Source of the DNA: Lama guanicoe
Taxonomy: Eukaryota
Assembly (NCBI GenBank): GCA_013239625.1
Contig: MU054323.1
Coordinates: 5,569,220-5,633,219 of the forward strand
DNA: 64,000 bases
Direction: 5' to 3'
Shown: positions 1-12,400 of the stretch, piece after piece
Position numbering within the stretch: position 1 is the stretch's first letter
How the letters are laid out: the number at the start of each line of letters is the position of its first letter
Notes under the pieces: model-generated
What the model saw: the letters and a program-made list of their open reading frames with translations, nothing else
Database searches by the model: none
Told to the model about the DNA's origin: nothing
Translations under genes and position numbers: made by a program

Positions 1-2509
1 GTGAGAAGGCAGGGCACGTCTAGGGCAAGAATAAGAACCCTCCAATTCATAAGCCATCCTCCAAAACATGATCTGACCTTGTCAACTTTCTCAACTGGGA
101 AACCCTTGGGATTTCCAAAACACTGGTGGAAAGTGTTTTTTGAGTGGCATCACAATTTTTTTTTCAAAATGCAACATTTAGAAGCACCTATTAATCAGCA
201 ATAACAAACAGGTCTAGTTTTTTTCCTTTTTTTAATCCCGCTTCAAGCAGAAGGAAATGGGCTTGCCACTGCCCTCCCTCTCCAGAGCCGCCCCCTTCGT
301 GCACCACCCGTTACTGCAGATACATTGTGTCCCATCACCCAGAACGCAAGTATCCTGTGTCCTCAGCCATTATGGGGCACAGCTGAGAAAAGAAAGGCGT
401 TAAAAAGGCAGCCGAGTGCCCAAGTGCGAGGCTCCGCCATCCAGGCAGAGATACACACGGAAGCCTCTCAGCCTTCTGGTCCCACCTCCACTTCAGCTCA
501 GTGAGTTTTGTTCTTAGCCCACAGCACACGAGGACAGCTAACTGGGAAGGGGGCAGGAACGACCACAACAGGAGGCAGGGATGCTGGTAGCAATGAGAGT
601 GGACAAACTAAAAGCACAGTCAGCTGGGTGGTTGATGCCGGAGCAAACAACCGAGGCTTGGCAGGCGCTGGAGGGTCTTGGAGGAGGAGTTCTGGCCTAA
701 ATGGACAGAGGAACACAATCCAGTGTGGCAAAAAAACAAAGGAGCCAGTACTTGTGTTTGGAGGAAAGGCAGAGGAAAAAGGGGAGAGTGGAGAACGCAC
801 CTCGAAGGCAAAGCATGGAAGGCAGACCCCGCAGGGACCCGCGTGCTCTAAACGGGAGATGTGACAAAGCGGTGTGTGGAGAATGCGTGGGAATCTGTGC
901 CTGGGGATGGGGTGTTATGGAAGATACAGGACACGGGCTGCAAGGAGAGCTTCTGGGCCATAGGAGGTGTGGGGAGCACCCTAGGTTCTGAGCAGGGATG
1001 TCAAGGAGAGACGAAAGGCGGGCTGGGGAGTCCAGGGCTGTCAAATCCGTCATCACGTGACACAGAACAGCAGAGCCACGGGGTACCTGACACATCTTCA
1101 AATTCCCCTTCCTGCTCTTCACGCACTGAGTCTGAGACCCAGAATGGGGTGGGTGGTGGTACCTGGTCCACACTCTGACAACAGGCCAGTGTGACAGCCA
1201 GGGCTGGCTCTGAGACCCCGACTTCCCCATTCAGGAATCCACCTCTGCACTGGGCTGCCTCGAGCTCCCTCCCGCCCCCATCCAGCGGGTTTCCAGCATC
1301 CATCCTTGCCCTGTGCTGGGGTCAGCAGGATCTCCCATTACCCTGAGTTCACCCAGTGAGCTGGCCTCAACCATTTAGCCTTGACAGAAGCAGGCAGTGG
1401 GGCGCCTGCCCGGCTGGGGAGTTAGGAAGCTTCCTTAATCATGCTTTCAGAGCACTTTGCGATGCAGAGATGAAAGACGTCTGAAGAGAGCAAAGTATAG
1501 CCATTACAATCTCCATCTTCCTAATTGAGGAAAATGAGGTTATTTCCGAATCCTCTGTGATGCAATGGGAAATGTGCTCGATAGGCCCACGCTTATGGCT
1601 GCCCTGACAAGGGCTCCTCGGGGCCGGCAGCACCCAGCTGCCCCGCTCCGGGTTAGGGCCCCACCATGTGGATGCGCCCCGGCTGCCCGGAGTCGCTCCT
1701 GATGCATCAGCCCCGGGAAGGGCAGCCTCGACACAACATCAAAGTCGGCGCCTTTGTGTGGCGTGAAGTCCTCCTCCTCTGCACTGAGTAATTGGAACAA
1801 AACGACCCAGGTAGTCTTGCTGTAACATCAAAGCTGCGTATAATAACCTCACAGATGAATTCAAGAGTGAATACATTCACAGCCACTGCTCAAGTTTGAA
1901 GTATGCTGTGATTTTTTTCAGCTTCAGAACTGAGCAAGAAGAAAAAGAAAAATCACCAGCCATAGCTTTCTTTGTCAACGAGCTGCCTCCCCTTGCAGGC
2001 TGCGGAGAAAGGTGTGGGCTTACAGCATTGAAGGAATGAGAAGTCAGTCTGGGGACATGGATGAGGCTGGGGAGACCAAGAATAGGCCTGGAGGTCAGAG
2101 GCGAGGTCCCCAGGGTGAAGCACTGTGGTTGACACGCACATATGCCAACCCTGGCCCACCGGCAAGGCCGCTGGCTTGCGGAGGGGTGAGGCCAGAGGGG
2201 CACTGACCCAACACCTGCTATGGTTCGACCACCAAGGTCACGGTGGAGGGGCTGGTCATTCTCTGTCACCTCCAAGGAATGGTTTCCTTTCTTTAGGCTA
2301 GAAGACCAAAGGTGTGCATATATTTGTAAATAGTAGAGCTATCAAAGAAAGGAATCCCAAATTGGTAAACTGAGCTAGTACACAAAGCCGTAAAAACACT
2401 GAGCAGCTGAAGTCCTAGGACTTTCAAGAAGCAAGTCCCAGGCCCCCCAGTCTGAGAGGCACCCTAGCACGTGCACCCTGGCTAGTAAGCGCCTGTAAAA
2501 TAGCATCTC

Positions 2510-3335
2510 TGAGATGAGAGAAAATATATATTGGTCTCCATCCCAAGCACCTGGCATGGAGCTCCTGAAACCCTTGGAATTTCCTAAGTGATAAGAACAC
2601 TAGGAACACCTTTTATTCTAATATTTGGTCTTTGAGCCTGGTTTCTGACACAGGGCTCCTGAAAACCTTGTAATTGGGTAATAGGAGGGTCTTTTGTTCT
2701 AACGAGGCAACTCTGGGTGAGTTCCTAGATGAGGACTGGTGGCCAGAAAGACCAAGGCAAGATTAGAAACTTGCAAATCTTAACCCCAACCTTCATTCCC
2801 TTGAGAAGAGAGAAAGGATGAAAATGGAATTAATGATAAATCATGCCTACACGATGAAGTCTCCGTAACAATTCCCAAAGGATGGAGTTTGAAGAGCTTC
2901 TGGGTTGGTGGAGACGTGGAGATCTGGGGAGAGCACCACACCTGGAGAGGGCATGGGAGCTCTGTGCCCCTCCCCACATACCTTGCCCCTCTCACCTCTT
3001 CCATCTGGCCATTCTTGAGTTATATCCTTTCATAATAAACTGGCAATGGTAAGTAATAAGTTTCTCTGAGTTCTGTGAGCAGCTCTAGGAAATTAATCAA
3101 ACCCAAGGAAGAGGGCAGGGGAACCTCCAATTCACAGCCCACCAGTCAGAAGCCCAGGTGACAACCTGGACTTGCAGCTGGAATCTAACTGGGAGGGTGG
3201 GCGTCAGTCTTGCAGGACTGAGCCCTTGACTTGTAGGACCTCATCTCCAGGTAGCGTCAGAACTGAGTTGAATTGTAGGACACCCGGCTGGTATCAGAGA
3301 TTTGCTTGGTGTGGGGGGAAAAAACCCATCAGAAT
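2510..3335 (+). mobile_element. MER21-family (MER21B/C-like) solo LTR
   Basis: Collinear match to the remembered MER21 consensus: 'gagctcctgaaacccttggaatttcctaagtgataag', 'ccagaaagaccaag..gattaga', 'cctggagagggcatgggagctctgtgccc..cataccttgccc', AATAAA, 'gtcagaactgagttgaattgtaggacaccc'. Confidence 0.85.
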
Positions 3336-3949
3336 GAGAATCAGAATCTCTGCATTCTGGATTGGAACACGACTGAAAACAAGCTTTCGAACGTCTCTTG
3401 TCTTCCCTCTGCACCACATAACCCCTGCTGCTCTCTGCCCAGCTTGGACCCACCTGTTCAGGGCTGCCTCCCTTTCCTCATGTCCTCACCAAATCCCCTG
3501 AGTCTCCGGCTCTTTGTTGATCTTAACTCCCTGCCCCCAATTCCCAGATGTGGCTTGCTGCCAACACACACATGGCTACCCGTTTTTATAACTGCCACGC
3601 TGCAGGGTTAGATGCCCAGTTAATGCACTATTTATTCAACCCATTTCACAGTTGAGAAGACAAGGGGACCAAGAATAGAGCCACTGTCTTCAGTGAGAGA
3701 ACATACAGGCGGCCCATTAGCGCCATAACAACAACCAGGTGCATCCTCTTCAAAAATCAAAGGGTCTTCAGCTCCATTATCACCCTCACACCTACTCTGT
3801 GAAGCAGCACTCTGGAAACCCTGACTTTCCAACTAAGAACACAAGTATTGAACAACCCACCTAACTCACATGCTACAGGGCTGCAACCCAGCCTGTTCTA
3901 AAAATCAGCTTCTTCCCCGCATACCTGATAGCCCATTGGCACCCTTGCC

Positions 3950-4370
3950 CCCTATGATTGAATTCTGTCCCCCCAAAAGCTGATGAAGTGCTAAACTCCT
4001 GTACCTGTGAATGTGACCACATTGGGAACGGGAGTCTCTGCAGATGATCCAGTTAAGATGAGGTCATCAGGGTGGACCTAGTCCAGCATGACGATAGCCT
4101 TATAAAAAAGGGGGAATGTGCACAGAGACAGACACGCGCCCTGGGAGAGCGGCAAGGGGAGATGAAGAGGAACCGCACAGGCTGCCAGCGTGACAGGAGA
4201 CACGAGGAGATTCGAGCGGCACATCCCTCCTTACAGCCCCCGGAAGGAAGAACCCTGCCAAGCCTTGACCTTGGACTTCCGGCCTCCAGAACTGGGAGAC
4301 AGTGCATGTCTGCTGTTTCAGCTGCCTGGTTTGTGCCGCTTTGGTAGGGCAGCACTGGCAAGTGAACACG
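3950..4370 (+). mobile_element. MaLR solo LTR (MLT1C-like)
   Basis: 'gaattctgtccccccaaa..gtacctgtgaatgtgacc..ttaagatgaggtcatcagggtgg..gacttccggcctccagaactgggagaca' is the typical MLT1 LTR layout. Confidence 0.85.
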
Positions 4371-6280
4371 ACCCCATCATACACACTCCGACCTTTTAGT
4401 CCTCACTGCTGACGTGGGTGCTGGGGGCCTTCCCCTGGGCCTCCAATGCTGGGCAGAGTCCCCAAAAAAACAATAGTGCCTCAGTGCATGACTCTCTACC
4501 TTGCCTCTCTTACACTTAAAGTGGGCAAGAGGCGGGCGGGTTTCCGGGGACTCTCACATACGCTCTCTTCTTCCAAGTCCTGCCCACCTTCCCCCGCCAC
4601 ACACCCAAACGTCCTCCCCAGGCACAAAGTGGAATCAAGGTCTGGGCCAATCATGGCACATTGGGCGGAAGGTGGGAGGGCCGAGGGAGCCTCCCCTGTT
4701 ACTTGAGGCCTCCACCTGCCATCAGCACCTTCCCTTCATCGCTGAGGTCAGCAGTCTCCCGGGCTGGCTCCCACTCCTCTATCCCACACCCTGCAGGGCG
4801 CCCCTACCCATGGCCTCATCAAGGTGATAAACCGCTCCTGGCTGCCCAGGCTGACCACGCCCCCAGAGCCGCTGTTTTGAGTGCTCGATGCTAGGTGACC
4901 CCAGAGGGCACTGACCTCCTCGTCCCTCTGTTCTTCAGAGGGCCCCACCGAGCATTTCCTGACTCCCTGCTCCTCTCCTGGAAACTCATTACTTCCCATC
5001 CCAGGGTTTTACTGGAACACATGGTTATTTTAATCACAACTTTGGCTGATCTGTACACTCAATCTTGGAGGATGCCTGGGAGTGTCTGAGTCTCCCTCTG
5101 TTCCAGCTCCTCCTCATCGCCATGCAGCACACGCCCTGTGATGTCCTGACGGATCCCAACGAGGCCCGGGCCGTCAGCTCAGTAGGGGAAGAAGCAGTCA
5201 GGATGGGAAGGGAAGAGTGCACTGGCACAGCTCAGAGCGCATCGGTGCCTGTCAGACTAACTCTGGTGCCCAGGGCCAACACTGTGGGCTCCCTCCCTGG
5301 GGCTGCTCCTCCCGAATCCAAATCCACGCTTCCTCTAAAACCCTCTGCAGGGTCTTCTTGGCTCTGGGCAGAGACAGGGGTGGAGGCTGGCAAGTTCAGA
5401 CCATGGGAAATTCCCTTCGACATAAAGTTATCACTCAGGTAGCACTCAGGCTGAATGATTTCCTCAAAAGTTCCTGACTTATCATGATTTTGACCTAGAG
5501 GTTCAATTTTGGGATTTGCCTTTTTGTTTAAATTTTGTGACTTATGAATAGCGTAGCCTTATTGATGTGATTTCTGTGTCACTGTTATTTTTCCTACAAG
5601 GGGTGATTTTTTTTTTAAAAGCTTGTCAGTTTGGTGGGATGACATCCTCCACACACCAGAGTTACCGTAATAGAAATTCCTGCATAGCCCACTCCTCTTC
5701 TGCGGAGTGAGCGCTGGTGTTTTATTTGCTTTGTGTTTAATTGGTTCCGGCCCTCCCTGCATGTGGGGTGTCAACACGCACATACATAGGAATCAAGTGA
5801 ATTAAACGCAGGGGCGGATGACGGAAAAGCTCCTCCACCAGATGAAGTGTTTGGAGATTATCAGCATCTCCGGGGCACCCTGAGCCTCTCCAGGTTGCCT
5901 GCGAAATGCACAGGATTTGGGAGGGATTAGGAGAAACTTGAAAACCTCTAAGAATGCAAGAAAACAATTAATGACTTGGAAAATAGGACTCCTTAAGGTA
6001 GGTTAGGAGTGTGGCCGTGGAGTTTAAACAAGAGCCAGTTGAGGAGATAGGAACGTGTTAAGGAGCCTTTGAGTGCAGCATGAAATCACACACATCTAAT
6101 CTACTTTTTCCTTCTTTTACTATTAAACTAAAGCAATGGCCCCACTCCTGTTCTCCATTAGTAGAAGGAGGAGAATAGAGGAGGTTGATTTTTTTGCCCC
6201 CCACTTCCCTCTTGAGTTATCCTCTGGAGGCAGGGTAAGAAACACATGTATTTGTACCCCCAGATACACAAAGAAGATAC

Positions 6281-6675
6281 AGACGCAGAGAACTGTGTCC
6301 CCCCCACCCATTCATATGTTGAAGTCTTTATCCAGGTACCTCAAAACGTGACTGTATGTGAAGACAGGGTCTTTAAAAGGGCAGTTAAGTTAAAATGAGG
6401 TCATTAGGGTGGGCCCTGATCCAACAGGACTGGTAGTCTTATAAGAAGAGGGAATTGGGACACAGACACACGCAAAGGGAAGGCCATGTGAAGCCACAGG
6501 GAGAAGACGGCCATGGAAAAGCCAAGGAGAGAGGGCTCAGAAGAAACCAACCCTGCGGACACCTTGATGTTGGACGTCCAGCCTCCAGAACTATGAGAAA
6601 ATAAGTTTCTGTTGTTTACACCCTGGCCCCCGTATCTGGAACTTTGTTACCAGGTGGCCCTTGCACACTAATACA
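6281..6675 (+). mobile_element. MaLR solo LTR (MLT1B-like)
   Basis: 'ttcatatgttgaagtc..aaatgaggtcattagggtgggccctgatcc..cagcctccagaactatgagaaaataa'; ends in the terminal 'actaataca'. Confidence 0.9.
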
Positions 6676-8694
6676 AGCCCCTTTCATCCAGGAGCTGGCA
6701 GCCAGGGTGTGAGACCCCGAGAAGACTCACAGCGAGTTAATGACTGGACTCCGACGTCAGTCCAGACTCCAGGAAATTGTGGAGATTTCTCTCCAGACCT
6801 AAGAGCACATAGGTATCTCTTTTTCTGTCAGGAACACTTCAGTTGGAGTCTCACTAGAGGAAAAAAAAAAAAACACTATGTTTCTAAGAGCCCCCAGGTC
6901 ACTTGCATCCCCAGGGGCCTAAGAACACTAACTCTGTCCCCAAAGGGCCTTCCAGTTCCCTCAGAGGACCGGGCTGTCCCTGCACCTTGATCTGATGGAG
7001 AACCGCATTCCCTGCCTGTCAGGAGTCGGTTTCCCATTCAGGTCGTATTCTGAAGCTCCCTGTGAGGGGCGTGCAGTGCATGAATGCTCTCCAAGGAGAG
7101 TCTTTGTCCCAGAGCCTGAAACTGTGACAAAGAGGGCATCTTCACCTGTGAATTCGCTGGATTTTTCCAGCTGCCTCTGCCGACTTCTCCATCAGAAGAC
7201 TCAGCCCCTACACAAATGGCATCTCTCAAAGCTGGAGCAACATTTCCTAGCTAATAGCAGGCTTCTCTCTCTCTCTCTTCTTTTTTTTTCTTTTTTGCAG
7301 CCAGGAAATGTTCTCTTCTAGCAGGCAGCTTGAAAAATCCCCTTCCAAAGAACTGAGTTGTCAGTATAAACGTCTAAATGAACCTTTATTAGAACTATAA
7401 AAAAAGGCTACTTAACATGTAATTGGACCATTCTTCATGCTTAAACACACTGTTAAAATCATGTCAATAGCTGAGTTAGAAACCCACAGTAAAAGGCAAA
7501 GATTGTATCCACAAGCTCCATTTTATAGCCTGATAAGATGAGATCACACCATCCCTGTGTCTTTCAAAAGATGATAGATAGAAGTTTGCCAGGTACCTCT
7601 TTGCCATTCAGTTTTTTTCTCTCAGATTTACTGAAATTAGCTAACGGAAAAGTCACTCTAATAAGATCATTCCATCAAGGCTGTTCCAAGCAGGATGGAG
7701 ACATGAACTCAAGTCCCCCACACCCCAAAGAGGTTCCCTTTCCACTTCCTTCCCTAATCCTAATGTTCATAGTACTGTTTATTATCAACCAGTTTATAGA
7801 TCTCTAGTTAATATTTGCTCAGGGCTTATGTTGATTTCTCAATACACGCAATTTTCTGGTTTCATCTTTATCTTTAAGGATTAGATTGGATCGAGCTGCC
7901 TTGTAGTAATTTCGTTTTTATCTTATGCCTTACAGTTTTATGTTCTTGTAATGGCACTTGCTTTTCCTTTTTTATTTAATTAAATATATCTTATTTCACA
8001 ACTACAGCATTTTTGTTTTGAGTTTATTTGTTTAACAGCTGGCAGGGTGCTGGTGTTTTGTAGAGGGAACTACGCTGGGTATTTTTAGAAATTCAGAAGT
8101 TGGGGAATGCACCAGCTGAGAAGATGGAAGAAAAATCTGAACTTGGGAGATGAATGCTTAGAGATTAAACTTGGATTGCTGTGGTTGTGTGTTGGCACTC
8201 CATAGATTAAGTCCTCAAAACAAAAACAGAAACAAAAACAAACAACAACAACAACAAAATACGTTTAAAAGTTTGCTCAAGAAAGATGCTACAAGACTCT
8301 CTCTTTGCCCTTCCAGAGAACAGCTGGATCTGTTCATTGGCTCAGCTGGTGCAGAACACAGGCACTGCCAGCATCTGAAGATTGTCTCCACCTTATCCAG
8401 AGAGGGCACTATGGCTTTGTAAGGCTCCCTAGCCCTCTGTCTCCATTGACCAGCCCCATTCAAGTCCTGTGGATACAAAATTCGGATTGCTACAAGCCAC
8501 GTCCAGGTGTGTGGGACCCTATGATAAAAGGATGATGGGATATGACTGTGTTCCAATGCGGACTGAACCGCATTGGATTCAATATATAGTTGGGGTTCAC
8601 AGCCCTCCGCCTCACCCTGCTGCTCACCAGGCCCCTTACAGGCTTGGAGCAATGGCTTCACCAAACCTTAGTGCTAGAGTGAGATGAACACAGT

Positions 8695-8818
8695 GGGGAG
8701 GTTATACCTCAGGGACAGAGTGCCTGCCTATCATGCACAAGGTCCTGGATTCAGTCCCCAGTACATCCATTAAGATAAATAAACCTAATTACCTTCCCCT
8801 CAAAAATAAAAAGTAAAT
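8695..8818 (+). mobile_element. Camelid tRNA-derived SINE (Vic-1 type)
   Basis: tRNA-like head 'ggggaggttatacctcagggacagagtgcctgcctatcatgcacaaggtcctggattcagtccccagtac', then 'taaataaacctaattacc' and an A-rich tail. 16-bp TSD tagagtgagatgaaca (8675-8690) / tagagtgagttgaaca (8819-8834). Confidence 0.85.
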
Positions 8819-9354
8819 TAGAGTGAGTTGAACAAGGCATCTGAGTCAAACAAGGTCCCTGGGGCACAAATTTTAATGAGGTGCTCACAGCTGGGGTCAG
8901 ACAAGGTTGTACAACCCTGAGTGATACCTCCTCGCTTGATTCACCCTAGCCCCAGCCTGGGGGTCCCCTCCTAGAAATATCACTCATGCGGGCCACTGCC
9001 ACAGTCGAGGTCTCAGGTAGGAAGTAGCTGCAGACCCTCAGGTTTCCTGTTGCACTTGTACCTGTGAATCATCAGCCAAATAATTGTCCTTCATCCTGAC
9101 CAGGAAGCCTCTGCTCACGCCATCATTCTTTCAGGTCCCCAGTTAGAAAAACCTCCAAGATTCTCCTATCATCCCCACTCACCCTGTTGGGCTACCAACT
9201 CTTAGTGACTCTTCTGTGATATCTCCCCTTCTTTCTAGAGTCCCGGCTCTTGCTTTAAATCAGAGTCACAGCATCTTACAGCTGGGTTAGTGTGTCAGTC
9301 TCCTAAACAACTCCATGCCTACAGGCCTACCCACCTCCAGGCCATCCTCTACAC

Positions 9355-9740
9355 AAATGGTTTCCAAAGCCTAGTCCCTGGGCCGGCAGCATCGACATCA
9401 CCTGGAAACTTGATAGCAATGCAAATTCTCGAGACTACTGAATCAGAAACTAGGGACATGGGGTCCAGCAATTGGTTTCTTTTTTTTCTTTTTAATTGAA
9501 GTATAGTCAGTTTACAATGTTGTGTCAACTTCTTGTGTACAGCATAATGTTTCATCCATACATATGCATGCATATATTCATTTTCATATTTTGTCATTGT
9601 GGTAGCTACAAGATGTTGAATATAGTTCCCTGTGCCCTACAGAAGAAACTTGTTGTTTATTTTATACATAGTAGCAGCAATCGAGTTTTAACCCGCCTCC
9701 CAAATTATCCTGATGCACACAAGAGTTTACGAATTCACTG
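9355..9740 (+). mobile_element. MER5A hAT-Charlie MITE, split by an L1 insertion
   Basis: 'cagcatcgacatcacctggaaacttgatagcaatgcaaattctc..ctactgaatcagaaact..ggggtccagcaat' resumes after 9675 as 'gttttaac..ctgatgcacac..cactg'. Degenerate 8-bp TSD ctctacac (9347-9354) / ctcgacag (9741-9748). Confidence 0.85.
9474..9674 (-). mobile_element. 5'-truncated artiodactyl-type L1 3' end
   Basis: Poly-T, then 'ttgaagtatagtcagtttacaatgttgtg..tacaagatgttgaatatagttccctgtg' (reverse of the L1 3'UTR). TSD core 'cagcaat' at 9466-9472 and 9675-9681. Confidence 0.85.
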
Positions 9741-11384
9741 CTCGACAGCACACAGATTAAACTAAAATCCATGCTACTTTCCAGCTTAAAAATTCTTCAT
9801 CGTCTCTCTTAAAACGAAGGTCAAACATGCTAGCCTGGCTCTCTGGGTACTTTGCAGTACATCCCCATCTGGTTTCTCTGGTCACATCCATTACTGTCCT
9901 CTTCATACCTCAAGCTCCAGCCAAGCTCCCCTCCAGACGGATCCCCTGAATGGGATAGTTTGCTCCTTAGCAACCTCCTGTTCTTCAGGAATAACATCCA
10001 TGTGTTCAATAACCACATTGTTCTGTTGAAAGCATGCCCACAGCAGCATTTAGAATCTTGGAGATGGATTAAACATGCAGGTGCAGTGGACAAGGCCGGG
10101 AGTGGAAGGGGAATTACCCTGTGTTGAGCTGAGGGCCTGCCACCGGCCAGCTTTGTTGATAAATTTCCTTACAATGTCTCACTGAATACTTAACACACAC
10201 ACACACAAAACAAACAAAAAACAAATAAACAAAAACATACAAAGGATTAATAAAAAGCGAGGAGGCCAATGTATCCGGGTCCAAAAGTCCCTGGGGTAGA
10301 GAGTGAGGTAGGAACAGGTATAAAAAGCTGAAAAGTGGAGGAAAAGATCCATGCTTACCCATGCTAAACCCAACCCAAAGGCCAAGGTCTTTCTTCAGTG
10401 CCCTTCTGGGATTCCAGTGTCCAACGGTCAATCCAGGGCTCATCCTATAAATGTCTCGATGCATTTCCTACTTTTGCTAACTGTTGTTGAAGCAAGAAAG
10501 TCCAGGGGCCCTTGTCTTAGACCCTCGATCCAGAGACGCAGATGCACCACCTGGGATGAGTCAGGAGAAGCAGAACCAGCCCCAGAAAGAATGTGGGAGG
10601 CATCAGGGCTGGTGGTTGTGATGCTGGGAGCATTTGATGCTGGGAGCCCAGGTTTTCCAGCCACAGTTCTGACACTCACTCACCCTGTGACCTAACTTGA
10701 GACGGCGCCCCACTCCATGCACTGCCAGACCCCAGGGACTGGCCTTTGCTTTGCTGAGTTTGTGTGCAACAAGGTGGCTGAATCTGCCTCGCTCTAAGGG
10801 CCTGAATGATATAAGTGCCTGAGTACAGCATCCTGGTCAGGCAGATCCCCCCTGCCTCCAGGCATAATGAAGTGGTCACCTCAAGTTTCAGTAGCTGCAG
10901 AGAAGCTGTTAGTAAGCCAACTTTCAAGTCCCAAACCCAGCCCAGTGCCACCATCTGCTACCAGAGTTTCCGCTGGAGCCCAGCATGAACCCTGCCTCTT
11001 AGGGGAATATGAGGAAGGGGCTGCTTTTGGATTTTTGCTTTTATAGTCTGAGGCTTTCAAGGATGTTTTGCCTTCCGGATTTATTTCGGCAAGTTGCTGT
11101 TAATTGTGTTTTCAATTAGTTATGTTTAAAACATCTTGAGATTTGGGCAGCTGAAATTGCAGTGCATTAATAATTATTAAACAGAGGTTCTAATCCATTA
11201 TTTATTGAATAAATTTTTAATACTAATGCAGAATCCATTGTCACTGCCACCACGAGTTTGGCCATTAAGGAAAAAGCTGACGAAAGAAAACTGAAGCTCC
11301 AGGATCCTTAAATGAAGTCCTGTGGAGCAGAGCTTCCTGGAGGAAAGATTGGCAGCTGTTTCTCTTTCATGTCTGTTTAATCAA

Positions 11385-11482
11385 GGCTTTGTTGCCTAGA
11401 GAGAGCGAGCGAGTTCCCACATAGTAGGTACTCAGTGAATGTTTGCACAGGGAGCGAATGAATGAATGAGTAAATAAATGAA
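11385..11482 (+). mobile_element. L2 3' end
   Basis: 'cacatagtaggtactcagtgaatgtttg..gaatgaatgaatga' is the L2 tail. Confidence 0.7.
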
Positions 11483-12099
11483 TTTAAAAGGAATTAAACT
11501 CTTTAAGATCTAAGACCCTTTTCTGTTTTAACCATTAACAAACACTAGAGTATTCAGCTAAGCAGATTCCATGATGGATAAGACAGTAATCCCTTCCCTC
11601 TCAGTTGGACAGATCATCATCATACAAATTTAAATCCAGTCATGGTAAAACGTAGTAACCCAAGGTGGCACCAAAACCCACATGACGGGGGCACTCTTGC
11701 TGGAGCAGTCAAAGAAGGCTTCAGTAAAGACAGGAGGGTAGGTCCTGGACACCAGTTTTTCCAGATATAGACGTGAGGGAGAGATAATACAACAAGCATA
11801 CTTACAGGTACATGCAGAGACAAGAAGGCGGGCAAGTTCAAGATCATGAAGAGTTTTCTGAGGGAAAGGGGATGTGAGGATGGAAACGAGGATGGAGGGA
11901 GAAAGTAAGCCACACGAAGTTGGTTTTCAACTGCAGACAAACCCACAGATGGGTGTTTAAGCTAGGGGCTGATGGATCAAATTTTTATTTCAGGGCAAGC
12001 ATCCCAATCCATGTTCTACTGAATAATCTAGGCAACATGCAGAGGAATCTTGGCTAAAGTTGCAGGGACAGGTGAGGAGAAGGGGTGGGATTGAGTGAT

Positions 12100-12400
12100 T
12101 AAGCAGCTACAGGTGTGGAGCTTAGATACCGGCTCTAGGTAAAGGGTGAGGAAGGCAGCAGGCAGAGTCGGAGATGACCCCAGCGTTTTGGGTGCACTGC
12201 TTTTGAGGAAGGCGGTCTAGGATGAGGGTGTGTTAGGGGTGGGGAGATGACAGATACAACAGAAAGCTTCAAACATGTTAACTTTGAGGTCTCTGCGGGA
12301 TATCCAGGTGGAAATTCAGCAAACAACTGGATAAATCGGCCAAAGATATGGTTGAGCCCTAGATGGAGAATCATTCACATGAGGGTGGCAGTTTCAAGCC
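12100..12400 (-). mobile_element. L2 fragment
   Basis: 'acatgttaactttgaggtctctgcgggatatccaggtggaaat..caactggata' is the reverse of a well-conserved L2 segment. Confidence 0.65.

Larger units (their letters stand above)
9100..9920 (+). mobile_element. L2 LINE relic, interrupted by MER5A
   Basis: Pyrimidine-rich L2-like text 'ctccaggccatcctctacac..[insertion]..catgctactttccagcttaaaaattcttca' continues across the insertion. Confidence 0.55.

Noticed and set aside
335..410. Minus-strand acceptor-like 'cctttcttttctcag' followed by an ATG (MAEDTGYLRSG*)
   Set aside because: The frame stops after 11 codons, there is no good donor, and the peptide is not recognisable.
8695..8765. tRNA-like sequence (also near 21035-21104 and 23040-23118)
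   Set aside because: These are SINE heads with A-rich tails and TSDs, degenerate boxes and no complete cloverleaf, so they are not tRNA genes.
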